This document shows, in pieces, positions 13,578-28,004 of a stretch of DNA of 64,000 nt; the first letter of the stretch is position 1; each line of letters opens with the position of its first letter. The DNA is from the human T2T-CHM13v2.0 reference genome, Homo sapiens. The stretch lies in assembly GCF_009914755.1 (NCBI RefSeq), contig NC_060935.1. The stretch is one strand, 5' to 3'. The notes beneath the pieces were generated by a model that ran no database searches, was not told where the DNA came from, and saw only the letters and a list, made by a program, of their open reading frames with translations. The position numbers and the translations under genes are program-made.

Positions 13578-16500
13578 ATGACAGGATCAAATTCACACAT
13601 AACAATATTAACCTTAAATCCAAATGGGCTAAATGCCCTAACCAAAAGACACAGACTGGCAAATTGGATAGAGTCAAGACTCATTGGTGTGCTATATTCA
13701 GGAGACCCATCTCATGTGCAAAGACACATAGGCTCAAAATAAAGAGATGTAGGAAGATCTACCAAGAAAATGGAAAGCAAAAAAAAGCAGGGGTTGCAAT
13801 CCTAGTCTCTGATAAAACAGACTTTAAACCAACAAAGATCAAAAGAGACAAGGCCATTACACAATGGTAAAGGGATCAATTCAACAAGAAGAGCTAATTA
13901 TGCTAAATATATATGCACCTAATACAGGAGCACCCAGATTCATAAAGCAAGTTCTTAGAGACCTACAAAGAGACTTAGATCCCCACACAATAATAATGGG
14001 AGAATTTAACACCCCACTGTCAATATTAGACAGATCAAAGAGATAGAAAATTAACAAGGATATCCAGGACTTGAACTCAGCTCTGGACCAAGTGTACCTA
14101 ACCGACATCTACAGAACTCGCCACCCCAAATCAACAGAATATACATTCTTCTCAGCACCACATCGCACTTATTCTAAAATTTACCACATAATTGGAAGTA
14201 AAACACTCCTCAGCAAATGTAAAAGAACAGAAATCACAAAAAACTGTCTCTCAGACCACAGTGCAATCAAATTAGAACTCAGGATTAAGAAACTCACTCA
14301 AAACTGCACAACTACATGGAAACTGAACAAACCTGCTCCTGAATGGCTACTGGGTAAATAACGAAATGAAGGCAGAAATAAAGATGTTCTTTGAAACCAA
14401 TGAGAACAAAGACACAATTTACCAGAATCTCTGGGACAAACTTAAAGCAGTGTGGAGAGGGAAATTTATAGCACTAAATGCCCAGAGGAGAAAGCAGGAA
14501 AGATCTAAAATCGACATCCTAACATCACAATTAAAAGAACTGGAGAAGCAAGTGCAAACAAATTCAAAAGCTAGTAGAAGACAAGAAATAATTAAGATCA
14601 GAGCAGAACTGAAGGAGATAGGGGCACAAAAAAACCTTCAACAATCAATGAATCCAGGAGCCGGATTTTGAAAAGATCAAAAAAATAGATAGACTGCTAC
14701 CAAGACTAATAAAGAAGAAAAGCGAGAAGAATCAAATAGATGCAATAAAAAATGATAAAGGGGATATCACCACCGATTCCACAGAAATAGAAACTACCAT
14801 CAGAGAATACTATAAACACCTCTACACAAATAAACTAGAAAATCTAGAAGAAATGGATAAATTCCTGGACACATACACCCTCCCAAGACAAAACCCGGAA
14901 CAAGTTGAATCTCCGAATAGACCAATAACAGGTTCTGAAATTGAGACAACAGTTAATAGCGTACCAACCAAAAAAAGTCCACAACCAAACGGATTCATGG
15001 CCAAGTTCTACTAGAGGTACAAAGAGGAGCTGGTACCATTCCTTCTGAAACTATTCTGATCAATAGAAAAAGAGGGAATCCTCCCTAACTTATTTAATGA
15101 GGCCAGCATCATCCGGATACCAAAGTCTGGCAGAAACACAACAAAAAAAGAGAATTTTAGGCCAATATCCCTGATGAACATCAGTGCAAAAATCCTCAAT
15201 AAAATACTGACAAACCAAATCCAGCAGCACATGAAAAAGCTTATCCACCACGATCAAGTCAGCTTCATCCCTGGGATGCAAGGCTGGTTCAACATATACA
15301 AATCAATAAACATAATCCATCACATAAACAGAACCAAAGACAAAAACCACATGATTATCTCAATAGATGCAGAAAAGGCCTTTGACAAAATTCAACAGGC
15401 TTTCATGCTAAAAACTCTCAATAAACTAGAAATTGTTGGAACGTATCTCAAAATAATGAGTTATTTATGACAAACCCACAGCCAATATCATACTGAATGG
15501 GCAAAGACTGGAAGCATTCCCTTTGAAAATCAGCACAAGACGAGGAGGCCCTCTCTCACCACTCCTATTCAACATAGTAGTGGAAGTTCTGGCCAGGGCA
15601 ATCACGCAAGAGAAAGCAATAAAGGGTATTCAAATAGGAAGAGAGGAAGTCAAATTGTCTGTGTTTGCAGATGTCATGATTGTATATTTAGAAAACCCCA
15701 TGGTCTCAGCCCCAAATCTCCTCAATCTGATAAGCAACTTCAGCATAGTCTCAGGATACAAAATCAATGTGCAAAAATCACAAGCATTCCTATATACCAG
15801 TAACAGACAAAGAGAGAGCCAAATCATTAGTGAACTCTCATTCACAATTGCTACAAAGGGAATAAAATACCTAGGAATACAACTTACAAGGGATGTGAAG
15901 AACCTCTTCAAGGAGAACTACAAACCACTGCTCAAAGAAATAAGAGAGGACACCAACAAACGGAAAAACATTCCATACTCATGGATAGGAAGAATCAATG
16001 TCATGAAAATGGCCTTACTGCCCAAAGTAATTTATAAATTCAATGCGATCTCATCAAGCTACCACTGCCTTTCTTCACAGAATTGGAAAAATCCACTTTA
16101 AACTTCATATGGAACAAAAAAAGAGCCCACATAGCCATGACAATCCTGGGCAAAAAGAACAAAGCTGGAGGCATCATTCTACCTGACTTCGAACTATACT
16201 CTAAGGCTACAGTAACCAAAACAGCATGGTACTGGTACCAAAACAGATATAGACCAATGGAACAGAATGGAGGCCTCAGAAGTAACACCACACACCTACC
16301 ACCGTCTGATCTTTGACAAACCTGACACACACTAGCAATGAGGAAAATATTCCCTATTTAATAGATGGTGTTGGGAAAACTGGCTAGCCATATGCAGTAA
16401 ACTGAAACTGGACCCCTTCCTTACACCTTACACAAAAATCAACTCAAGTTGGATTGAAGACTTAAATATAAGACCTAGGACCATAAAAATTCTAGAAGAA

Positions 16501-17388
16501 AACCTGGGCAATACCATTTAGGACATAGGCATGGGCAAAGATTTCATGTCTAAAACACCAAAAGCAATGGCAACAAAAGCCAAAATTGACAAATGGGATC
16601 TAATTAAACTAAAGAGCTTCTGCACAGCAAAAGAAACTATCATCAGAGTGAACAGGCAACCTACAGAATGGGAGAAAATTTTTGCAATCTATCCATCTGA
16701 CAAAGGGTTAATAGCCAGAATCTACAAAGGACTTAAACAAATTTACAAGAAAAAAGCAAACAACCCCATCAAAAAATGGGCAAAGGATATGAACAGACAC
16801 TTCTCAAAGGAAGAAATTTATGCAGCCAACAGACATATGAAAAAATGCTCATTATCACCGGTTATCAGAGAAATGCAAATCAAAATCACAATGAGATACC
16901 ATCTCACACCAGTTAGAATGGCAATCATTAAAAAGTCAGGAAACAACAGGTGCTGGAGAGGTTGTAGAAAAATAGGAATGCTTTTACACTGTTGGTGGGA
17001 GTGTAAATTAGTTCAACCATTGTGGAAGACAATGTGGCAATTCCTCAAGGATCTAGAAATAGAAATACCATTTGACCCAGCAATCCAATTACTGGGCATA
17101 TACCCAAAGGAATATAAATCATTCTATGATAAAGACACATGCACACATATGTTTATTGTGGCACTATTCACAATAGCAAAGACCTGCAACCAACCCAAAT
17201 GTCCATCAATGATAGACTGGATTAAGAAAATGTGGCACATATACACCATGGAATACTATGCAGCCATAAAAAGATGAGTTCGTGTCCTTTGCAGGGAATA
17301 GATGAAGCTGGAAACCATCATTCTCAGCAAACTATCACAAGATCAGAAAATCAAACACCGCATGTTCTCACTCATAAGTGGGAGTTGA
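13578..17388 (+). pseudogene. ORF2: L1 ORF2 remnant
   Basis: Fragmented EN, RT and C-terminal ORFs in the track. The RT motif reads FADV instead of FADD (15664-15675). Confidence 0.9.
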
Positions 17389-17712
17389 ACAGTGAGAACA
17401 CATGGACACAGGGAGGGGAACATCACACACTGGGGCCTGCAGGGTGTGGGGGTTAGGGGAGGGATAACATTAGGAGAAATACCTAATGTAGGTGATGGGT
17501 TGATGGGTGCAGCTTTCCACCATGGCATGTATATACCTATGTAACAAAACTGCACGTTCTGTACCTGTAACCCAGAACTTAAAGTAAAATAAAATAAAGA
17601 AAAATAATAATAATTTTTCTGTACTATTTGTTGCTTGGGGCCACTGACGTCTCTGCTCATTTAACGTAGAAGTCAGCAAATAATTAGGCAGAGATCTGCT
17701 TAAACACCTTGA

Positions 17713-18111
<399 letters not shown>

Positions 18112-18969
18112 TAACCTTCATATTCTGCTTGCACAAAGGCTCAATGTGAGCCAGAGGTTAAACACCAAGACCTTATCAGGTCTTTGCTGGGAATACCCCC
18201 AATACTGCACCTGCATGCTCCCTTCCAAGTCCTTAAAAATATTTCTGAACTTTTCACATACCTATGGAAATCTTATTTCCCAAATTTTCTTTTTAAATTG
18301 TTGGGTCAACCTCTTGTTTCCCTGAATTTGTATTGCTACCTTAGGCAGCTATAATATTAAACAATAGAAAATGATTGTTGGCAATAAGAATACTGGAGAT
18401 ATGGCTTTTATCACTGAGTAAGCCTTGAGTTTGATCATATAAAGATAAGCATTGTGAATTGAGCTTTTCCAGGGAGCTGCAAGACAAATTAAATAATGAC
18501 AATTCTATGAAGATGAGGTCATTAAGCAGCATATGACTACAAACTTATACAAATAAAAAAAATTTCGGAGTTCTGAAGTAGTCATGGCAGTGTGAGCATA
18601 TACAGTGCAAATAATACTCAAAGTGAAAATAAATTCAGCCCACAGACACACTACTTTTATGGCCTTAAGGACTTAAGGACTTTGTAAATTCTGTTATGTT
18701 TGCAATTAAACAAAGATGGAAAGAGAGAAAACTTTAAGAAAGAATGGGAAGAATGCATTTCAATAAATTAAAAAGCCTCCAGAGTTTCCAAAGGAAGGGA
18801 CATAACTTAAGCAATATCAGAATTAACTACATTCAAATAGTACAGAATGTTTCAATGCAATTTAATTTGAATTGCATACATTTCTGGAGTTTAAGAAAGC
18901 ATTTACATTTAGAAATAAAGTTAGAGCAAATACCAGTTTTCTAAACTCTTTTCTTCTTTCCCTCAGTAT

Positions 18970-19182
18970 TAGGCTTACTAGATATAATACAAGATACCCT
19001 AATAAAATTGAATATCAGGTAAACAACAAATAACTTTTTGTATAAGTTTGTCCCTAATGTTGCATGGAACATATGGAACATTGCTGTACTAAAAAGATTT
19101 TTATTATTTACCTGAAGTTCAGATTTAACCCAGCATTCTGTTTTGTTTTTGCTGTTTGATTTTTCTGTATCTGACAACCCTA
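18970..19182. mobile_element. MER53 palindromic MITE
   Basis: Termini taggcttactagata...tatctgacaacccta with an internal inverted repeat. 8-bp TSD CTCAGTAT (18962-18969) / CTCAATAT (19183-19190). Confidence 0.8.
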
Positions 19183-20049
19183 CTCAATATGCAGTACATT
19201 CAGATAATCCATGTTCTTACTGTCTTTGCCCTGGAATCCATGTTCTCAACCTTATCCCCATAAGTGGAAGTTCCCACTCCAAAATGCAAAGAATGATATT
19301 TTGCTCTCCACAGATGATAATGTCAGTACATAGCATCCTTCAAAACAATTTAGCTTTAACCTGCTTCTACTGCTTTAACTATTCTTTCTCTTTCGAAACA
19401 CACAAATAAACATATTTCTTCCCTTGGAAATCTGTGCTCCAGCCACATCTTAGCTTTTGTATAATCTTCCTTCTGTTTGTAACAAGCTCTTCTTTCTGCA
19501 TTTCCCACCTTCTGCTTATTTTACACCTACTCATGTATCAAATCCAAGCTCAAATACAGCCCCCTTTCTATAAATTTCCACTCCTTCAGACAGAGTTAGG
19601 GAGTCATTCCTCTATGGAATTGTGCTCTCATGTAACGGTGTATTTATTCCTATTGCAGTACTTATGCTACATTGAATTACAGTGAAACCCCACAGTAATA
19701 AGAAATTGGATATTGCTTGGTTGGTAATTAGCTCCTTCACTTGCTCCTCATTTTTATAGTGGAGCAGGAGGCAAGCTAAAGTTTCATCTTGGCCTGGGGG
19801 AAAGGGCAGGGTGTGGGGGAGAGATGCTGAAGGCAATCCCATTATGGGATGCATTGCAAGGGGTAGACAAGGAATCTTTTGTGATCCTTGATTTGAACCA
19901 CCTCAAATTTGTGAATATGGATTCCTCACTCAAGGTAACAGACAGCTTCCTGAATTACTAACTCTCCCCAGGAAAACCAAAACACCATTACTGTCTCCAT
20001 CCTTATTCAAGCTAGAACAGATAAGCACCAATAGAAAGCATTGAATTGC

Positions 20050-20963
20050 TCTTTGTAGGTCTCTAAGAACTTCCTTTATGAATCTGGGTGCTCCTGTATT
20101 GGGTGCACAAATATTTAGGATAGTTAGCTCTTCTTGTTGCATTGATCCCTTTGCCATTATGTAATGCCTTTCTTTGTCTCTTTTGATCGTTGTCGGTTTA
20201 AAGTCTGTTTTATCAGAGGCTAGGATTGAAACCCCTGTTTTTTTTTTCTTTCCATTTGCTTGGCAACTATCCCTCCATCTCTTTATTTTGAGCCTATGTG
20301 TGTCTTTGCACATGAGATAGGTTTCCTGAATACAGCACACTGATGGGTCTTGACTCTTTATCCAATTTGCCAGTCTGTGTCTTTTAGTTGGGGCATTTAG
20401 CCCATTTACATTTAAGGTTAATACTGTTATGTGTGAATTTGATCCTGTCATTATGATGCTAGCTGGTTATTTTACCCATTAGTTGATGCAGTTTCTTCAT
20501 AGTGTCAATGGTCTTTACAATTTGGTATGTTTCTGCAGTGGCTGGTACCGGTTTTTCCTTTCCATATTTAGTGCTTCCTTCAGGGTCTCTTGTAAGGCAG
20601 GCCTGGTGGTAACAAAATCCCTCAGCATTTGCTTGTCTGTAAAGAAAATCATCATTCTCAGCAAACTAACACAAAAACAGAAAACCAAACACCGCATGTT
20701 CTCACTCATAAGTGGAAGTTGAACAATGAGAACACATGGACACAGGGAGGGGAATATCACACACTGGGGCCTGTTGGGGGGTGGGGACTAGGGGAGGGAT
20801 AGCATTAGGAGAACTACCTAATGTAGGTGATGTGTTGATAGGTGCAGCAAACCACCATGGCACATGTATACCTATGTAACAAAACTGCACGGTCTGCACA
20901 TGTACCCTAGAACTTAAAGTACAATAAAAAAAAGAAAATGAAATAAACTGTATAAAAAAATAC
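20050..20963 (+). mobile_element. 5'-inverted (twin-primed) L1PA7/8-like insertion
   Basis: An antisense ORF1-end/ORF2-start block (20050-20644) is fused to a sense 3' end plus poly(A) (20645-20963). 16-bp TSD at 20034-20049 and 20964-20979. Confidence 0.9.
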
Positions 20964-22698
20964 GAAAGCATCAAATTGCAACGTTGATGGAAAAATATAG
21001 GTGGAATCCTGGAATATAAAGAAGGCTAGCTTTATGCAGTCTTGCCTTCAGCAATCTTGCAATAATGTGACCATATTTTTATAAGATTTTATTTTGGAGG
21101 AAACCCACTGGTCAAATTAAGGCAAGGTGTTCTGTGTTATTTTCCCCCAAATGTTTCTTTTATTGGACAATGAGCTCCACGAGTACAATGATTACGGTTT
21201 ACTCATCTCTGTAATCTCAGAGCCCAACGTAGTGCCCATCTCAGAGTAAGTAATTTGTAAAAGAATACAGTCATTTGTTGAGTAAATAAATGAAATACAG
21301 TGTATCTTTTGCTTTATCAAAAGTTGGAAATATTTAAATCTGGTGTTAGTATGATTATACAAATTCATTTAGCTTGCCCAAACCTGCCATTCTATAATTG
21401 TTCATTTTCATCATCATTTATCTCCCCAATGAAAAGATATTTCTAACTCTCATTATACTATTAATAAAGCTTCTTGTTTAGGTCTTGATAATGCTATTGT
21501 TGTGGAGTAAAGTGATCATACTTGACTGTGGATTACAACACTATCCCTAGAGGTATTACATCTTCAGTGGGTTTTTCATATCTTAACGAAGAACCACTAA
21601 GTTGTAGATTAGAATTGACTTGTATAGACACAAACTGCATTTTTTAACCTGAAGTATTTTTAAATCTTAACTTAAAAAATAATTTTCAACACAAACATTA
21701 CGATCATGGGTACAGAGATGGTGGTATGCATGTATATTCAAATATGCAAGTTATACCAAAGAAACTTGTGTTCTTGCTTTCAGTACAAAAAAGTTAGCTA
21801 TAATTTTAATGTAATTATACATCTCACAATTTTTTAATAGACCTGATTTCAAGAATTTAAAAATTTTTATTGACTAATAGTTATATATTTACTAAATGTT
21901 CAATGAAATAATATTTATAACTGAATATGATATAATTTGTGTATTTTTTAAGTTTCTTACATTAATATATTCACTTGTAAAACTATCCTGTCAAACAAGA
22001 TTAATTGCTTTGTTTCAGAAATATGGTAACCAGCAAACAGGGTTCAGCCCATCCAATCTTAGCCAAAACATCTATGTGTTATTCTGTATTAGTACATACT
22101 TTTGGTTCAGCATTTCCTTGACCCCTTTGTCTCTTCCTTTATTCATTTTACTCTCTTTTTTCCTTTTCCTTATTGGTCTATCCCATCTTCTAGAGGCTGC
22201 ATGAAAATGCAAGCAAAAGTTTGAAACAAACTGACAAAAAGATATAAAGAAAGAAAAAGTGCCATTTGGCTGCATTGAATTGCTCTTCAGAACAATGTTG
22301 TATATTATATTACAATAACACAGATTATAACCAGAATGGAGCTATTTTCTCATTAAGATGAATGTAATGAGAATGATAAATGAGTTCAAATAAAACCTAT
22401 TCAAAACACATTGCTAAGCTTTATATCCCCTCCTTAGATGCTGTATATAGCCTTGTTTCATGATGTCATTATCTCTTTGTGAAATTTAAAAAAAAAATTA
22501 GCTGACAGTTTAAGAAATCTGTCACAACAGTTGTATACTACAATCTGTCTAATTTAGGAGACATTTTCCTGTCACAGCACTGTTCTGTGAGTATTTAATC
22601 TGTTTGCCATTGAGTTTAGGGTAATTTGGAATTACTAAAGATGATGAGTAGTATAACAGACAGAAAGAGTCAGCTGATGTAGGTTCTAGTTTCAGCTC

Positions 22699-23123
22699 TG
22701 TATTAGTTTCCTACTGCTGCTGTAACAAATTAACACAAATTTAAGGGCTTAAAACGATACATTTTTAATACTACAATTCTATAGATTATAGATATAACAC
22801 AGGTCTCACAGAGTCTAACCCAGTCCTGATCTTGTGGGCCCCATTCTTCCATCCTCAAAGTCAGTAATTTTATATCTCTTCGACCATTGTTTCACAGTCA
22901 CACACTCTCTGGCCCTTCCCTCAGCTGTGAAAGGTACTTTTAAGGACTCATGTAATTAGATTGTGCCCACATAGATCATCCAGGATTATCTCTGCCTCTC
23001 AAGGTTCTTAACTTTAATCACATCTGCAAAGTCCCTTTTTCCATGTTTGGTGGTAACATATTCATAGGTTCTAGGAATTAGACATGAACACGTTTGGCAG
23101 AGGGCATTATGATGCCTACTACA
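22699..23123 (-). mobile_element. MLT1 (MLT1C/D-like) MaLR solo LTR inserted in a MIR
   Basis: tgtattagtttcctactgctgctgtaacaaatt...cacatctgcaaagtccctttt...ctactaca, with MIR-like flanks. Confidence 0.75.
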
Positions 23124-23364
23124 AGTTTCATTCATATCACTTTATGACCTTAGTTAATCATTAAGTACTTTAAACTCTTAGCTCCCTTTTCAGCAAAATG
23201 GTGATAATTAATCACTCTGCTGATTAAGGAGGCCTTCCTTTATTTTATTCTCTTTGTCACTTTTCCTAAGATTTGTCATAAAGTGTAAGGTAATGAAGGT
23301 GAAGTTATTTGCATTTTAGAAATCAGGTTATATTAGTCCCAGATTTGCTTTGCAATTTGCCAAC

Positions 23365-23790
23365 TTATTCATTAATTCATATACTCACTAAGTAACTGTT
23401 GAATACTTACTATGTGTCCAATGCTGTTGTACATTTTACAGACATGGTGGTGAACAAATAGACAAGATACTGACTGTTGAGGAGATTTAATGAAAAGATA
23501 GGTCATGTAACTGAAAGAACACTGGGCAGCTACTCCAGTTAGGGTGAACAAGGACTACTCTGAGGAGGAAAGCTGAAATGTAGCATACTCAATTTCCAGG
23601 AATGGCAAGGAGATCTGAAATAAGAGACCTTGCAAGACAGTAGGAAGAGCATTTCAGGAAGAGAGAAAGGATCTAAAATGGATTCAAGTTTGGTCAGTTC
23701 CAGGAACAGCTAGAAGGCCAGGTAATTGAACAAAATAAGGAAGAGGGGAAGTGAAAGGACTAGGTTGGAAATGTAGGCAAATAATTTGGT
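23365..23790 (-). mobile_element. L2 3' fragment
   Basis: ttattcattaattcat...ttgaatacttactatgtgtcca...gtgaacaaatagacaag is typical of an L2 3' end. Confidence 0.6.
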
Positions 23791-23938
23791 CAAGTAATTA
23801 AATGAGAAATGGTGAGGAACAGAACATATGTTCTTGTTGACCAAGTCCATATAAGTTTCTCCTTCCCTATTTTATTGTTCTTAAAAGATAACTGACAAAA
23901 TCACCTTCCTGGGTTTTTGTTGTTGTTTTAATCTAGAT

Positions 23939-24274
23939 AAGCGGTCCCCAACCTTTTTGGCACCAGAGAGCAGTTTCATGGAACACAATTTTTCCACAGA
24001 CAGGTGTTGAGGGGATGGTTTGGGGATGAAACTGTGCCACCTTGATCATCAGGCATTAGTTAGAGTCTTGTAAGGCGCATGCAACCTAGATCTGTCCCAT
24101 GCGCAGTTCACAATAGGGTTCCCACTCCTATGAGAATCTAATGCCTTGCTGATCTGACAGGAGGCGGAGTTCAGGCCGTAGTGCTCGCCTGTCGCTCACC
24201 TCCTGCTGTGCCACCAGGTTGCTAACAGGCCAGGAACTGGTACTAGTCCGTGGCCCGGGAGTTGGCGACTCCAG
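23939..24274. mobile_element. MER1B (hAT-Charlie non-autonomous element)
   Basis: gcggtccccaacctttttggcaccag...gttggcgactccag, 336 bp, with a perfect 8-bp TSD ATCTAGAT at 23931-23938 and 24275-24282. Confidence 0.9.
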
Positions 24275-25608
24275 ATCTAGATGATAAGCTAATATAGTAA
24301 TAAACTATCCTGTAGGGAATTTAGAGAAAAACAAATAAACATGAAAACCAATATTTCAGTACTCTCAGTGCAAAAACTAACTAGTAAGAGAGGCCTGGGA
24401 ATTCTTGGTCTTTATCAGCTGTGGTCTGAGGATGGAAAAATGATTTGAGTATTTATCTAAATATATCTATAGTTCACCATTACTCTTAAATAGGAAGTTT
24501 AGCTGGGCATTACATTCTAGTTGGGTACTTTTGCATTAATACATAAAGATACTGTTTCATTATCTTCCGGCATCAGTCTTACTGAAGAAAATAAAATTTT
24601 GTTCCTTAGTAAACAGCCTTTCTCAACTTTTAAAGATATTATATTCTCATTGCTTTTGGTTTCTGAAATCTCACTATGATGTGCCTAAGTTGGATTTCTT
24701 TTCATCCTCCTAAAATTTTGTATAATTTTCAAATTATGGATATTTATCTCTTTTTAATCTCTTGACTATTATATCTTTAGATATTGCCTCTTCTACATTC
24801 TCTGTTTCTGGAACTCCTGTAGGTATATGTTTACGTTCTTAATGCCATCCTTCATGTCCCTTAATCTTACTTACATATTGTTTACTTTTTCCTGCTGCAA
24901 CATTGGCAACTTTTTTGTTCTGCCTTCAAGTTCAGTAAGTCTCTCTTCAAATAGTAATAAAGAGCAAATACTTTTAAAAATCTTTCTTGGTATCAGGAAC
25001 TCTTTGAAGCCTTTTTTCTACATTAATTCATTTAATTAGCACAAAAAGCATAAGCCATTTATCATCTTATAGATGAGGAAACTGTCTAATTTGCTTTGAG
25101 TTTTTTATTTCAGTATCTGCATTTTTGCATGTTCTGCTTTGTTACCAATTTCTGCTTATGAAAAATAGCCACAGTTACCTTTTCCAGAGCCACATTATTG
25201 TATTTAATGAATTTCTTCCACAAAAAAATAGTGTTGGTGTATGTAGTTTTAGATTTAAATAAATTATAATTTCTATATATCTTATAGTTTCAACTTGTAT
25301 CCAACTCGTACAGTTTTACTCATTTACCTTCAACTTATATGTCTGATTTCAATTGATTATTTTGTCATATGTAAAGCATATGTCATGTTTTACTTAGCGT
25401 AAGTTAGATTATGCTGTGGTAGCAAATGTCTCCATCTCAGTTGCTTACAACCACAAAGATTTATGTTTTAACATGCTACATGTCCATCAAAAGTCATCTT
25501 TCCTAGCAGTCTCTGATAGAAATGGCAGTTTTCACATTCCATTGGCTAAAGTAAGTCTTGTGGACAAACCTGTCATTACTGGAGTGAGAAATTAGAATTC
25601 TTCCTTGG

Positions 25609-25903
25609 GGCCTGGCAGGGTAGCTCAAGCCTGTAATCCCAGCACTTGGGGTGGTCAAGGTTGGCAAATTGCTTGAGCCCAGGAGTTCGAGACCAGCCTG
25701 GGCAAAATGGCAAAACCCAGTCTCTAGTAAAAATACAAAAATCAGCTTGGCATGGTGGTGCACACCTGTAGTCCCAGCTCCTGAAGAGGCTAAGGTGGGA
25801 GGATTACTTGAACTCTAGAGGCAGGGGTTGCAGTGAGCTGAGATCATGCCACTACACTCCAGTCTGGGTGACAGAGTGAGACTCTGTCTCAAAAAAAAAA
25901 AAA
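25609..25903 (+). mobile_element. AluJ-like element
   Basis: Full dimer with 'gcttgagcccaggagttcgagaccagcctgggcaa', poly(A) and a degenerate TSD (agaattcttcct / agaatcctttct). Confidence 0.92.
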
Positions 25904-27814
25904 GAATCCTTTCTAGAAAGTGTAAGCAAATACTGGTAAACTGTTGTTCTACCTTCCACATCCACGCTTTCAACTGCCCAACATTTTATTTCCTCTCGCT
26001 TTGACATGTAGCACTCACTCAGTAATCCTTCAAGAGAGACAAGCCCAAAAGTCCTAACCATTCTCTGCTCTAACCACAAATCCAGAATCAGTGACTGGTG
26101 TTGGGTCTCTTTATCACTTCTAGAGATGAATCCTCTTAGTTAAAAAAATTTTGATATGAATAAAATGTTTAGGACCTTACACACTCTCAAAACACGATGA
26201 CAGGACAGAGATAAGCTCGTTCAGACGTGGAAAGAAGGCGAGGATGCCTCCAAGGGCCTGGGAGAATACCCTACTACATTTGTCAGTAGCAATTCCCAAA
26301 CCTTGCTGGGCAGAAATGTCAAAAAGCCCCTGTCCTCAGGGTGAGGGACATTTTTTTCTAGGCCGAGATTCTACTCTATAAGATTAGTTCCATAGTCAAT
26401 TATGCTCATAAATTTTGGCTCCACTCGAGTTATTTTTCTCTTCCATGATCTTCTTTGGCCACATCTCAAGGAAGCATTTAAGAATATTTCTTGCTAAGAA
26501 GCTGAGCAGCTCTCTCAGTCTGCTTTCCAGAGGATTTGGGGCCTATGTTTGTTAAATATCACAAGCGATTTATATCTAGGTTTGTAGTGCTTCTACTAGT
26601 ACAACTCTCTCAAAAACATCCCTTTCTCAGTTACTGCCACCTTGAGCCTATAAAACTGCACTGGAGAAGCCACAACCTTAGACTTTTTTGCAAAAATACT
26701 TTTTTCTAACCAAGAAAATTTACTGGGTACAAATGTAATCAATTCTATGGTTTTAACAACAAGTATAAGGACAACACTATCAATTTGATTCTTAATAGGA
26801 ATTTGACTTTTAAGCTTTCAAGTCACTCAAATAAGTTTTTGACTTCATTTTTTACCAACTGAGAATGAGAACCTGTTGTTGTCTTCCACACCTGAGAGTT
26901 TCTCAATTACTGGAATTTATTCTTACAGCAGACATTACAGGATATCTTTTTCGCGTTGCCACGTCAGTACTGGCTGTCTCTCAATGGATAGTACCAGCGT
27001 CTCTTTACCTGTTACATTTCTCCAAAGCTCTAGAAGCATGTTCTGCCTAAGTGCATGGCAGTGGATGACTCTGAAACATGTCTCCCACACCATTTTTGAA
27101 TGCTTCCAAGTGGGATTATGATACAGTGCCAACAGAGGTAGCTGGCTTGAATGCTTTCCTTTCTCATTCCTCCCACTCCCTACTTGTGTTTCCTCTTCAT
27201 CCCAAATAAATTATTTTCAGTTTAATCCTTGGATAACAAGATCAACTATTGGGAGAATTCAAACTAGCCGAGTTCACTTTTATTCCTGTGTGAAACCTGA
27301 CAATTCTTTGCCAAGTACAAATATTTATTGTATTAATTTGTTAAACAAAACAATTTTGACCAACCAACCACTGTACCAATAGTCTTGTTGTTGTTAATCT
27401 CTTTTCCAAAAGCTACAGACTTATTACATACTTTAGAAATTATTTCATTCAATAGTTATACCAAATTGTTGCCCGTGATTAACATGGATCGCCATCTTTC
27501 CAGATTCTAACAACAGTTTTTTCCCTACCCCTTTCCAACCTTGAAGCCATTGACACATAGTTTAGATTGTATATTATTGAAAAATCATATTCATGGTACA
27601 ATTTATGCATTATTCAGGACTGGCTACGTTGTGCTGCAGTAATTAATGATCTCCAAATCTAATTTGCTTACAGCAGAAGAGATTTATTTATTAGTTGGGC
27701 TGGATGTCTTCATTCTGGGGCCAAGAATGAAGGGTTAAGCTCTATAAAAATTGCAAGTCATCGTGGCAAAGAAAAGAAAGGATGAATGTAATAAAATACA
27801 AACTGGATCTTTAA

Positions 27815-28003
27815 TAATGTCAATTAGATAAAATACAGAACATTCAATTACATTTAATTTCTGATAAATGATAAATACATTTTCTGCATAAGTATATCTC
27901 AAGTATTACATGGGGTACACTTATAAAAATTACTCTTTGTTTATCTGAAATTCAAATTTAACTAGATGTCTAGTATTTTTACTTGTTAATGCTAGCAACC
28001 CTA
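27815..28003. mobile_element. MER53 MITE (second copy)
   Basis: agataaaatacag...tttatctgaaattcaaatttaactag...gcaacccta, with TSD ATCTTTAA (27807-27814) / CTCTTTAA (28415-28422). Confidence 0.8.
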
Positions 28004-28004
28004 C

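Larger units (their letters stand above)
11492..17607 (+). mobile_element. Full-length LINE-1, L1PA7/L1PA8-like (~6.1 kb), both ORFs disrupted
   Basis: The 5' end reads ccaagatggcc. ORF1 ATG is at 12492 and ORF2 ATG at 13578. The 3'UTR reads 'acctaatgtaggtgatgggttgatggg' and an A-rich tail follows. TSD TAATAATTTTTC lies at 11480-11491 and 17608-17619. Confidence 0.93.

Noticed and set aside
19930-20451. 173-aa ORF as a domesticated endonuclease gene
   Set aside because: Only ~134 aa are EN-derived and they stop before D145, D205 and H230. No promoter is evident, and it is a by-product of the inversion.
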